Positions 12,822 to 25,353 of a stretch of 64,000 nt of DNA are shown here, piece after piece; within the stretch, counting starts at the first letter, position 1, and each line of letters starts with the position of its first letter. The notes below the pieces were generated by a model. That model was not told where the DNA came from, did not search any database, and was given only the letters and a program-made list of their open reading frames with translations. Origin of the DNA: Zancudomyces culisetae HAW-14-8 (taxonomy: Eukaryota; Fungi; Kickxellomycota); the NCBI GenBank assembly GCA_052426225.1, contig JBNJNM010000011.1:4278001-4342000 (forward strand), read 5' to 3'. The position numbers were made by a program, and so were the translations under genes.

Positions 12822-14249
12822 ATGGTCGTCTCTACACGAAGTAGGGGAATACGTGATATCAGCAGTGGTAGGTTAACCCTCTTTTTGTTCAACATACTTA
12901 GTTCCATGTTTGTAGTATTTCATATGTTGTTGAAAATGACCAATTTCATAATAATAGTCGAAAATGATAAGCCTAATAAGAATCCCAAACCAACCAAAGT
13001 TATTAAAAGGTAAGAATCGAACTCTTTTTTTATTTTTATTTTCTCATGATATTTTATCAACTTTTATACCACTTCATTTTGCAAATAAACTGAATACAAA
13101 ATATAGACAAAATGCAACAGTCGATAAAACGAAAAAAGAAAAAAACACAGATAATACTGCTAGGGCTGCACAAAAGAGATCTCCTGGTCGGAAGAGAAAA
13201 GAGAACTCCCAGCACTCATCAGAAGTTGGTAGCTTTGAAGTCGAAAGCCCTCGGAAAGAGCTGGTCGTAAAAAGAAACAGAACAAGTGATTTCTTTATGA
13301 CAATCGATGATAGCAAATTTTCAAAGCTTCTGTCTGAAAAAGCGGTTGATGACGATATATTGAATTTGGCTGAATTTGACACATTTGGCAGCGACTTGAA
13401 CTTTTCTGGCGAAGAGGGTAGCGGAACAAGTATACTAGAAAAGGGTTCAGAAAATTCGCTATTTGCAGGAGAACTTTCGGAAGAAAGGTTGGCTAGGTTT
13501 GAGCAAGGGTTGGAGGATCATATCAGTAGCTCTCTTTCTCAGTCATTTACAGGTAATTCTAAAATGCCCTCCATACTGAATGTGAGCCGCAAGTTTGCCA
13601 ACCCCTTGGCTTTTTTGAGGCTTCATAGTCAAAAGCGTTTACTTTTAATGATCATAATATGACACCATCTTTTTTTATAAAAAAAATAGATGATAAGAGA
13701 GCAGGTAGTGGTAGAAAAGTGAAGTCATCTCTACCGAAGGAGGCAAATGCAATTACAGAAACGGAGCTGGCATTTTCTGAGGCAGAATTTCCTACTGCAG
13801 CATCCCCTGTTAGTATAAACATTAAACCTACAGCAATATCAACACCTGTATCTAATCAATCATCAGACCTATCGTCAGATTTTGATTTAGATATGTTTTT
13901 AGGCCCTAAAACCAAGAGCACTTCCTCACCTCTTGGTCAGATCAAGTGGCTACTGGATCCAGGTGTTGGCAATGCTTTGCCGTTTTCATTAAAAGGCAAG
14001 AAACCGCAAAAAGTGTATTCGGCGAAAAAAGCAGCTAGAACCACAAAGCCCGCTATAGTTATCGATAGCACACCGGAAAATAAGCTCAGAGGAACGAACA
14101 AGGGTAAAAACACCAGGTTTACATCAGCAAACACATCATCTCTCGGTAATAAAAGCAGAAAAGTGGCTACGTCTAAAAAAACCGCCACAAAGGCAATACC
14201 AAAGACAACAAAAAGAGCCACAAGTAAAAGAGCCGGGGCCTCTAAATGA
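12822..14249 (+). CDS. Hypothetical basic, largely disordered protein, probably nuclear; 4 exons (~12822-12867, 12958-13009, 13107-13552, 13690-14249)
   Basis: Three GT-AG introns join the three overlapping track ORFs with consistent phases. Starts MVVSTRSR; has an SPGRKRK NLS-like motif and a Lys/Thr/Ala-rich tail. Confidence 0.65.
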
Positions 14250-14726
14250 TTGTTGTAGACTTATCCGTCATAAAAACGTTACCCACATTGTCTCATTATT
14301 TCATTTCATTATTTCTACCTTTTTTTTAGTCTTCCGTTTTCACTTTTTCTTGTCTTTCTGTTTATTTTTTCGGTTTGTTAGTTTTGTGACATTCGTAGTT
14401 TTTCTATCGATGGAGGGATTCTTGTATTATTCTGGTTTTAACTCTGAAGAGCTAAGCGAATAAATATTTTTGCGCTTATGGTACATTTGCACAACCTGCT
14501 TTCCTCCATCTTGTAATAAAGTCTTGTACAGTTACAGGTGCTTTTGCCCAACCTTGTGTATAATATGAGCGCCTATTTTTCACCAGCATTTAAACAGCCA
14601 ATAGCCATAAAACTACTGACTTATTTCAGGATTTTTTTACTTAGGTTGCGGATTATATAACAGCGATATTAATTTGGACCGTTATCTACAGTATTAAGTT
14701 TGAAAATTCACTAACATTAGCCGCCA

Positions 14727-16522
14727 ATGAGTACGAGTAGTGAGTATCTAATACCACCTTATCGATTCGACAGAGTGGAGAATAAGTTGTACAGAGGTGG
14801 ATACCCCAAGGAGAGAAATTTTAAATTTCTGAAGCAACTAGAATTGAAAACGATTATATCACTGATACCTGTACAGCAAGATGATAATTTAAATATTTTT
14901 TGTCAAAAAGAAGGGATAAAACACATCTTTATAAGCATCGATATTCCAGACGAAAATGTTACTCTAGATTACCGTGCTGTATGTGAATGCTTAAAGGTTA
15001 GTTGAATTGTCTTGTCCAATGGCATTTTTATATAGGCAACTTTTTTTTGAATTGTTGTAAATATTCCTGTACAAATAAGAGCAACAGGAATATATGGTTT
15101 TATGGTTTTTAAAAGTGACCTAACAGAATTATCGCTAAAGTGATTCGTTTTAAGAGAAAAGTGCTTAAAAAATAGATAATCACCGATGAATCGAATCTAC
15201 CATTATTCGTGCATTGTCTTAACGGCTCTAATGTGACTGGCTTGTTGATAATGTGTCTAAGAAAGCTACAACTGTGGAGAAAGCATAGCTACCACTTGGA
15301 ATTTACAAGGTAATCAGAAATATTTTTAAGAGCTCACTTTACATACTATTTCAGTCAGAAAATGGGATCATACTATATGTTTCTGCAAAATTTCACTCCA
15401 AGAGCAGTATAAAAATGTAAAACATTGTTTAATTTTATGTATTTATTGTGATGACATAGATTCATAATTGGAGAAGAGGTGCTAAGTGAAGAAACGGATT
15501 TTGTTGATGATTTTACAGGAGAGGGGCTGGTCCTAGCTAATCCATTTGTACCGTGGCTATGGCCCCACAAGCAAAAGATTATCGTTGCAGACAGAAATAA
15601 GTTGCCATTCAACACGTCTATCCATCCCACGATGAAAAAACTGCGTTTGAGTGTATGCTCGCTACCTCTTTCAGATATCCAAACAAATGAAAAGGTGATT
15701 CCTGATGAAACTACTCTAGGTTCGAGAAACCCTTCTGATAAAAAGTTATCTGGAGGAGCCTTATTACAAACAGGAGGGAAGCTTGAAACAGGCCCGGGTT
15801 TCGCACCGCTTAATGACGAATCAGCACTTATTCCTGGGCATAAACTGTTCTTCAACAGTGGTCATTTAGAAAGTGCCGTCCTAAAAGAAAAATCAGCACC
15901 CGTAACTACTGAAATTACACGCTCTACACTGCTGAGCTCTAAAATAAATTCTGCTAACAACACAGGAAGTATAGAGTCAGATGTCAATACGACTTCTAAC
16001 ACACCAGTAAGTGACCGGCCTATGGCGCTGAAAATGACTGAATCTCGGTATGCGTCTCATAAAAAGTCTCCCCAAGATGTTACTAACATTTTGGACGGGT
16101 ATAAGCTTGCAGAGAATTCTTATACAGACGATTTAAAATTAGGATCAGCTGTTGGTGTTGATACTGGCATCGATACTGATGTTTTTACTGACGCTGGTGC
16201 TTCACCGCAGCTTTTCGGTATCGATGGAGCGAACTGGGCAAGGGAATCATCATTATTTATAAATTTAAGTTCGAAGAGATCGAAAATGAATGATTTGGAT
16301 GAATATGACCCTTTTTATTCCGCCCTTATTTCTTCCAATCTTCTTTTTGACAAAAACGGGGTCTTGATAAAATCCAGCAACAGATATCAACTAGAAAACG
16401 CACTAACTTGTGATGATAGTACCCGCAACCCTGCAAAACACCAGAGGTTGTTAGAATTTCTGAATGGCTCGAAACTACCTCAGCAAATAGATGCACTTTC
16501 ATTAGAAGGACTGGGAATGTAA
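14727..16522 (+). CDS. Siw14/Oca-family tyrosine-phosphatase-like protein (Oca6-like) with long C-terminal tail; exons 14727-14996, 15176-15309, 15460-16522
   Basis: LIPPYRFDRVENKLYRGGYPKERNFKFL..L.LKTIISL and PLFVHCLNGSNVTGLLIMCLRKLQLW match the Y_phosphatase2 family. Confidence 0.85.
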
Positions 16523-17883
16523 ACATGTTGCACCAACTTGCGCACACGTGAACGTGTGTGTACCTATCGATTGTAATGGTATTCTCTTTATATATGGGCT
16601 AGACACTTAACCTTTTTTTTTGTACATATCTTTTTAAGTACGACTATCGAGTAGTAGGCGTATCAAAATTTAGACTGGTTTTAATATATTCAAGCTTGGT
16701 AAGCAATATTCAGTGAATATAGTGCCTACTTTTACACCTATTATTGAATACTAAGATGTTCTAGAGAAAAACAGTCTAGACATTTGGAAAAAGTCTTCGT
16801 TTATTTAAACCCTAATACTGCTGTTGTATAAAAATATCCAAAGATAAAGGTAGTCTCAACATAAAGTCAAAAAAAATAACATATTGGTATACTTTAGCGT
16901 AGTTAAAATAATAAGGGTTATGTGGGTTCAGTTTTTTTACGCTTTTATATACGGTAAATGACATGAAATAGTTATCCTACTAATTAAAAAGTCGCTCTTT
17001 TGGCAGAAAAAGAGCTCCGGCTATTTTGTTAACCTACCCACGCAAGTGATAAGAGACAACTTTGCCCCACAACAAGAGTAAAAGTGAGGAACTGTACTCA
17101 AGCACATCACCTTTGCTTTCAAAACAGTACACAACTTTGATGACAATTGTGGCAGGAATTTATCCATAAATCTTTTGGTAAGAAGCTATCTAACATTGCA
17201 AAAATGATGTAAACTGTACAAACGTTGCAAGAATATACAAATTGCTTTATCAGCTGATACGTCAGACTTTGGAAAATTGCATTTCTTAGCGCTTACCATA
17301 GCAAACTGAAAATATGTAAGGATTGCGGATTGAGCAGCAATATATCAGATATTTTAATGCTCATCTGACCTGATACAAGTAAATTTGAAAGGTAACATTC
17401 TATTAAAAATTTTCAGGTTCACTGTTTATTATCTATGTTACTCATCACATCTGGTTTCTTTCTTTTTGAAATATCATGTTTCATTATATATACTACCTTT
17501 GCACTGAAGGAACTTGAGTAACCAATACTAAACTGTGGAATCTTTAGTAATTGACAAAAAAATATTAATTTAAATAAACTTGACCAATAGGCAAGTAGTA
17601 AAAATATTTTCAAAAGAAAATCAATTTTTTCTTTGCAAAAGTTTTGTCAAATCAGGGGCTGATTCAGCTAATGCCTCAAAACAGCAAATGCGCTGTAAAA
17701 AAAAGACTGAGAAAAATAGTTGCTGTTTGAAGGGCGTTTGATTGACACCATAAAAGGTGAAATAGTTTTGGTGTTAATGCTAGAATTAACATTAAAAATT
17801 AACGAAAGACTGGTAAGCTTGTATAGAACATACAATTAGTAGATTAGAAACGAAAGAAGAGTGGCGGAGAAGAGACAAAGATA

Positions 17884-20541
17884 ATGTTGTCTGGTACTAA
17901 TGTCGATGAAAAACCACAGGAAAATGAAAGTGTGGAGCTTAAATCAAATGGCCAAGTCGCATTGAAGGAACTAAAGGAAAAGGCAATGGCAGACTACAAT
18001 ACCGAGGTTGTCGACAAACAAAAGGCGCAGAGGTTAAATTTTTTGCTCGAACGTTCGACGCTATATGCAAATTTCCTAGCCAAAAAATTGGAGCGACAAA
18101 AAGAAGAGAAGAGGAAGAAGGATGCCAAAAGAGAAAAAAAGACGGAAAAGCGAAAAGAAATGGAAACTGCTGTGCAAACCACGACGCGGAGTTCTTCAAG
18201 GCTCAAAAAAAAAGAAAGTGAAAACAGCTCCGTGGGCCAGATCGCATCACCCCAGAAACCCAAGAATCTCAAGACGAATGGAACGAGAAAAACAATGAAG
18301 GATTATTTTGGATCAAGCACAAAAGGCATGGCAGAGGATGGGAACCAAGTACAAGAGATAGAAGAGGTACAAGTGGGTCAAGACGAGCAGAGGGATGTAG
18401 GTAATGGAGAAAACAGCGAAAACGACGAAGAATATGAGGAAGGGCTGATTAGGCAACCCAGGGGGATAGTAGGAAAAATGAAAAAGTATCAACTGGAGGG
18501 GCTAGAGTGGTTGGTTTCCTTGTATGAAAACGGACTGAATGGGATACTTGCAGATGAAATGGGTTTAGGAAAGGTATGTATAAAATAAAAAAGTATCAAA
18601 GAGGGCATGGTATTCTCATGTAAATAAAGTCGCCATCTCATTGTATGTGCGTTATTTTTTTATTTTTTTTGAGGAAATAGTTATTAAAGTATGTACAAAC
18701 TAAAATAGACAATCCAGTCTATAGGCTTCCTGACATTTTTAAGAGAAAGAAGAGTATGGGGACCTTTTCTAATTGTATGTCCACTTTCAACTCTAGGAAA
18801 CTGGGTTTCAGAATGGCATCGATTTAGCCCATCAACACCAGTGCTGCTGTATCATGGAACCAAAGAAGAACGGGACAGAATCCGCAAAAGTAGGTTACAC
18901 AGAGAATTGGGGAAAAGTTTTCCAGTGGTAGTCACGACATATGAAGTAATTATTAAGGATAGTAGATATCTTCGCCAGTTTGCATGGAAATATATTATTG
19001 TAGATGAGGGACATAGGCTTAAAAACATGAACTGTATACTGATACGGGAATTAAAGAACTATCAGTCGGCAAACAGATTATTGCTGACAGGAACACCTCT
19101 TCAAAACAAGCTTTCGGAATTATGGAGTCTTTTGAATTTTTTGTTGCCGGATATTTTTGATAACCTGGACGAATTTGAAGAGTGGTTTGACTTTGATGAT
19201 ATTAACGAGCAAAGTGGGAAAGAGAGAATTCTGGGGGAAGAAGCATCAAATAAGATTATAACCAAACTTCACCATATTTTGCAGCCATTTTTACTTCGCA
19301 GGCTCAAGTCAGATGTGGAGCTTGAGTTGCCTCCGAAACGAGAGTACATTATTCGATGTCCCATAACTAACATACAAAAAGAATACTATCAAGCAGTTTT
19401 GAGTAACAGAATTAAAGAACTTTTAATGGAGAGGGCCAATGGGGCAAACGCAACAGGGAGTGTGTTGAATGGAACGCACATCAATGACGGACATGTTAAT
19501 GGAAATGGAAAACGAGCAGCTTCAAGGGCGGCAGCTAAAAGGATAGTGAAATCTAAAAAACTAGATGATGCAAACAACAGTTCAGAAGATGAACTCTTTT
19601 ACCAGAATGGGTTTGACCTAAGCACAAGCAAAAACGAAACTCAAAATGTGGAACCGGTAAAAAATACAGTTTCCAAAGCACGAATCAACAACTTGAAGCT
19701 AATGCACATTGTTATGCAGCTACGGAAAGTGTGTGATCATCCTTATTTGTTTGATTTTCCATTGATTGATCCTGAAGATCCCCAGTCAGACTATTTAGTC
19801 GATGAAGCGCTGGTACGAAGTTCAGGGAAGCTTTTGATGTTGGATGTACTTCTTCCACACTTATTTAAACATGGCCATCGCGTTCTTATTTTCTCGCAAA
19901 TGTCAAAGATGATTGACATTGTCGAAATGTATGTTGGCTTTAGAAACTGGAAGTTTTGTCGAATCGATGGGTCAGTGAAACATGACGAACGACTTTTACA
20001 GATCAACTCGTTTAACTCAGATCCCTCTATCGGTGTATTTCTGTTAACTACACGGGCTGGTGGTTTAGGTATCAACTTGGCTACTGCTGATACTGTCATT
20101 CTTTTGGATTCTGACTGGAATCCCCAGATGGACCTGCAGGCTATGGACCGTGTTCACCGTATCGGCCAAACCAAACCTGTTTTGGTTTATCGCTTTACCA
20201 CTGCTGGTACTGTTGAGGAGGATATACTAAACAAAGCCTCTTCAAAGCGAAAGTTGGAGAAAATTGTCATTCATCAAAATAAGTTCAAAGGTATTTCTCA
20301 ACTAAATACCTCAAACTATTACAACCAGCTTGAAGGAAATTCTCCCTTTTCCATTTCCGACCTAGATTCCATTCTAAATTCTTCTACCTTTTCGACCGTT
20401 TCAGACCAACAGGCCACAGTTTCGGATAAGATTGCGAGTGTGCCTTTGAGTGAAAAATTACCTAAAGATCTTGTTATTTCAGCCTCTGAATTACAGGCCT
20501 TGACGGATAGATCCAACTTAGCGGCCAATGACACCTATTAG
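17884..20541 (+). CDS. SNF2-family chromatin remodelling ATPase, LSH/HELLS/DDM1/Irc5 subfamily; exons 17884-18573, 18709-20541
   Basis: Motifs [11 protein letters not shown]|[30 protein letters not shown] and [21 protein letters not shown]. The N-terminal [16 protein letters not shown] helix and the absence of chromo, bromo or SANT domains point to the LSH subfamily. Confidence 0.9.
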
Positions 20542-22246
20542 GCATTATGTTGTTGGTAACACTTATGCTCTCTTTGCCACTAACTTGCTATACATTACAC
20601 ATCTTTTTGTAATAAACAAGACTTTTGTTTATGTATCCAAGGTGCAGATTCAAACCTTTGTGACTCTGGTGATAAGAAGGATCCAATGTATCTAAAACTG
20701 TTGCACATTTGACTATGTTTTATATTGTCCATCTTTAAAAGTATATCAAAAAGATTTTTTTGATCTGGTCTGGTCTGGTTTGATTGTCACTGTGTTGTGG
20801 GTTTGTTTTGTTCTTTTGTGGGTATATACACCCATATGCTTAGGGCCATCTAAATAAAAGTTTTTAATCTGCTCAGTTAACCCGCAGATAAGATCATTTA
20901 CCGAGATAATATGCTCTCTCACCTATACATAAAAAGAATCTATAAAAGTGAATAGGTTGAGTATTTACATTTATCGCAAACACTGTTTTCTTTTTTTTCG
21001 ATTATTTCGGATTGTATGTGCAATTTAGTGTTGGCTTCTATCTGCACATCCGAAAAGAAATAATAGTTGTTATTTTCGGGCTTGTTCAGCCTTATCCATT
21101 TAATAAAGGATAATATTTCAACAGCGATTAATCAGCAAAAATAGCACCAAAAATAGGCACTTTTATTTTCATTTATATAAAATAGCACCATTTAGTTGGC
21201 TGGGTAACATTTAACAAGTCTAGTGAACTTGAATTTTAAGGCAAAGCCAGGCTACAAAGTGGAGTTTCGCTTAAAAGAACCAAAAATATAGCCGTTCTTA
21301 TGGTAGCTATAAAACTACATAAATCGGTTTGAGGGGCTGTTTGATAAAAACAAAAGCAACAACTATACTATTTAGCACGAGGTCCATCAAATGCATATAA
21401 ATGCGAAGATACCACAATGGAGAGAAAGAGCTAAATGCACAAAAATGAGGTTAAAGCTACACTGCCAAATATAGATATAGATACAGATATAAATATAAAT
21501 ATAGATATAATGGAAAACATGCATTACGAATTGAATAGCTTGGTGAGCTTCGATTTTTTTTACTACGAAGGATATCTATTCATTTTAATGCTTGCTAACG
21601 ATAACCGAAACGACTTTTGCTTTCCCACCCAACTCAAAACACTGTTTCGTTGGAACAGTAAAAAAATCAGTTTTATAGTATCTGTCTCAAACATTAAAAA
21701 ATTTATAAATTCAAAGCTAAGGTTTGCACAATACGCTTATGGCACTTTTCTTCATAGTATTAACAAAAAGGACTTGGCAAGAATCACTCGGTAATACACA
21801 TCATACACCAAACCTGCCAACGATTAAAGTACAATTATCTTTGTATCTTTCTGTCCTTCATTCGCAACAGTATCTTAGTATGTCAAGCTTAATTCATTTG
21901 ACTTTAAGTCGAATAATAAAGTATTTCCTTTTCTTGATGGCTTTTTATGTACATTTTAGCGTGTCAAATCTCTTTTTTACTTACAGACAGAAATCAAGCA
22001 TTATATATTATAGCTTTACAAGTATTTTTTGAGAGAGTAGAGAATGTTATGGTTAAATTCTTTTATTTTTGTAGACACATCGCTGTCATTTTCTATTAGC
22101 AATGATATTGAATAGTTGCACTAGTAAAAAAAACGCGATTTTCATTTTTGAAACCAGAAAATAGTTACAAAATACACTTAATTGAAATAAAGCTGCTTTA
22201 GATATAATAAAATATTAGTTTTCAAATACACTTACAACAGGTTAAA

Positions 22247-22974
22247 ATGTCTGGCTTAAGCGTAAGGAAACCGAAAAACCAAATAGAGGAGGATAGTACT
22301 ACTTTGCAGCTCGGAGAAGGTAATAAATTCTATGTAGCACTAGACGTGGTATTTTTTGATTAGCTTTTTGATTAGGATTTTCATTCTAAGTTGGAATCTA
22401 TTAACCAGAACAAACAGAAATACGAATATCTGTTTACAAGATGATTGAAATTTCCTTCTAGTAAATCCCACTTCAATAAAATATTATGTTAAAAACATTT
22501 AGATTTTCAAGATTCGGAATGTCTTTTAATATCTGAAGTCAAAATACTCCTCGAGGCACAAAAAAACGCGAAGCTAAAAGAAAACAAGCCGATCAGCGCC
22601 GTCCACGACAAAACACTTAAATATGCGAGTCAATTCAGTAGATTTAATAATCAAGATTCTTTAAGAGAAGTGAGAAAGTATGTTAATATCTTGGAACTAG
22701 GATTCCGCATATTTATCTATTTCCATATCCATTCAATTTACTTTTTTTTCCGTTTTGTTACCACTACTACTAACCTTGCTGTGATTATAATTTTAGAGTT
22801 CTTAATGCATCAAACTTATCAAGTTTCGAATTGGCACAACTTGGAAATCTGTGCTGTAATGAACCAAATGAAGCAAAAGCACTGATTCCAAGCTTAGGCG
22901 GAAGGATTGATGACGACCAACTTGATTTAATCCTCAAACAAATTGACACTATAAAAAACTTTCAAACACAGTAA
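22247..22974 (+). CDS. RPB4: RNA polymerase II subunit Rpb4; exons 22247-22319, 22503-22677, 22797-22974
   Basis: Not in the ORF track. Spliced translation: EEDSTTLQLGEDFQDSECLLISEVKILL...KTLKYASQFSRF...FELAQLGNLCCNEPNEAKALIPSL... Confidence 0.93.
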
Positions 22975-25353
22975 AATGTATTCATTCATTGTTTCTTTGT
23001 CTCTGTTTTCTTTTTTTTGTTTGCAAGTAGTAGGGAAAAGATATCAAGGGCTTTGCACGAGGCTTCAACACGGTTTAATAGGCCTTTTGTTTCAATAATG
23101 TAAATGGTAGTGTATGGCACTCTAAACTAATTTTCCTGGAGATGAACTCGTGTTTTTGGTATTCGATATTGCCTTGTTTTTAAAAAAAGGGAAGTACATT
23201 GGCTTAAATCAGCATACCCCTAGCTACGCTCACAACCATGACTAAACTAGTCGAGTCTTTTTCGACTGTTTAGGAACACCTTTTTTTATCCATCTAGTTT
23301 TGAAAATGCGTGAGATACAACCAGAAGAGAATTTTGTGAATTTGCTGGTTTTACCTCAAAGTCTTGCAACGATTTTTACATGGAACCGTGTAGGTTTGTG
23401 AATGAAATGTTATAACAGGGAGAATGGTACGACTCTGACCCACTAAGGAGGGTGGGGTGGGAAAATTTAAGCAGCAAATAAACCAAAGCGTGACGAACGA
23501 ATGGTACAATTCGCTTTACTTGTTTGCATTTATTTATTTTCCCCTTCATTTATACTGCTGACATTAGCATAGCGATTGCAGGCTGTGTCAACAGCTCACA
23601 CTCTCTCTGCAAGTGACTTTTACTACTGCATAGACCCCTTACTGAGGTTTATGTGGCCAGACTATGTTGCTGATGTTCCATTTGCTTGATATCACGTAAC
23701 GTCAGCGGGAAAAAAGAAATTATGGAATTCCGAAGATAAGATTTGCGAACTTTGTATCAGTTCCTCTAATTGGGAAGCGAAAAAAAATGTGTGCATTTAT
23801 CTGCCATTAGGTAACCAGCACTTGTTTATCGATCTTGTTTGGTTTTGGCTGAAAACTCTTGTTATATTGCTGGTAGTTTTGGTTCATTTAAGTTTAGAAC
23901 TTGTTATTATTCGTCGGGAAAACCTCCCCAACATTGTGTGGTCCATTGCGCTTGCAACCACTCCAATGCTGTGTTTAAGTGCAATTAAAAAGATTTCTAA
24001 CACAATTTTAAAAAGCCAGCTAAGGTAGTTCTAGAACCAGTTTTATCTCAATTTAGTATATCCAAAAGACATTTATAGCAGTGACAGGAAATGATTAGTT
24101 GTGGTAATAATCATTATCGGTCTCTTGAGTCTAAACTTGAAGCGATGTTTCTACATTGCAAACCAGTGTATATAAAAGCCTGGAAATATCAGCCTGGCTC
24201 AATTTCTAGAAACACAGCTTTAAGAAAAAAGCGATTTTCGGGAAATGTACTCGTATAATGATGTAATACCTAGCAGTTAAGAAATGGCACCCCACCCCTT
24301 CCTTTTTTTTTTGTTAGGTGAATTTATCAAATAAATCACATAAAACTACAAAAAGAATCTTATACAATTCTGTCCTTTCCCCTCCTAGAAAATTGTAATT
24401 ATTAGGGCTTCCTTGTTTGTAGTACTATTTACAACTATATTAGAGGAGTGACAGAGCTTCAAAGATTCAATGTTGTTCCATTTAGTATTTGATCATTTGG
24501 ATACCCATGCATTTTTCCTGACTCACAGGGCTCAAACACGGAAAGCAACCGCTCTGAAGCATATGACCATTTTTTTCACTTTTCTATATTCAGGGTTCTC
24601 TATCTTTGGAATAGGCTTTTCCAATGATTCATAATTAGTGTTGCGATAAAACAAACTATATCAGGCCCTTTTTTATTCTGGTTAAGGATGGTTTTCCCTG
24701 TTTTAATATTTACCGCTCAACTCTCGGTGGACTCATTTTTTTCTAAAACCCGAGGCTGATAATAACTTGGGTAATTCTCACATTTGACGTATTTGATGAT
24801 TTCAAGATTTCTTTTTATTAAGCAACATATTTTATTGCACCCTATCTGTATTGGACCATTTTGTTTTACTATATGACCACAATTGTCGCTTTCTAGCATT
24901 TCCCCAACTAATTGAGAATATTTGGCGAGAAAAGGGAAAGCCCCAAGAAAAACAAGGGCATGTTATTGTCCTTTAAGATACATTTTGCCATAACAGCGTA
25001 TTTTTTCTAGTGAAAATATCTTTTATCTAAGGTTATAATGACAAACAAATAGGTCTTAAATGTATTGATCTGTAACAAAAAAAAATTTTTTTATGGTTTG
25101 TAAAGCCGAGTCCTCAGTAGCTATATTTTGGTGTTTTTCGAAATGATTTGTGGTACAAAATACTATAAAAAAATACAACCAACCCACTTCTTTATACTTT
25201 GTCACAATCTATATGCTTTATTAATATCAGCGTAATTAAATTACTTGACATACCTTCGTAAATCCAATTAATTGAAAATCACATTTTTCCCCTTGCCAAC
25301 ACAATTTCTCTTGTCTTTATTAAATTAAAATAATCGAGACAAAAACACCAAGG

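Noticed and set aside
21435-22032. ORFs 21435..21794 and 21724..22032
   Set aside because: Low-complexity (ATATAG)n-derived and Phe/Ile-rich translations typical of AT-rich non-coding DNA; no motifs.
23450-23520. GGTGGGAAAATT resembling RNase P/MRP conserved region I
   Set aside because: No matching CR-V partner or P4 pairing found at a suitable distance.
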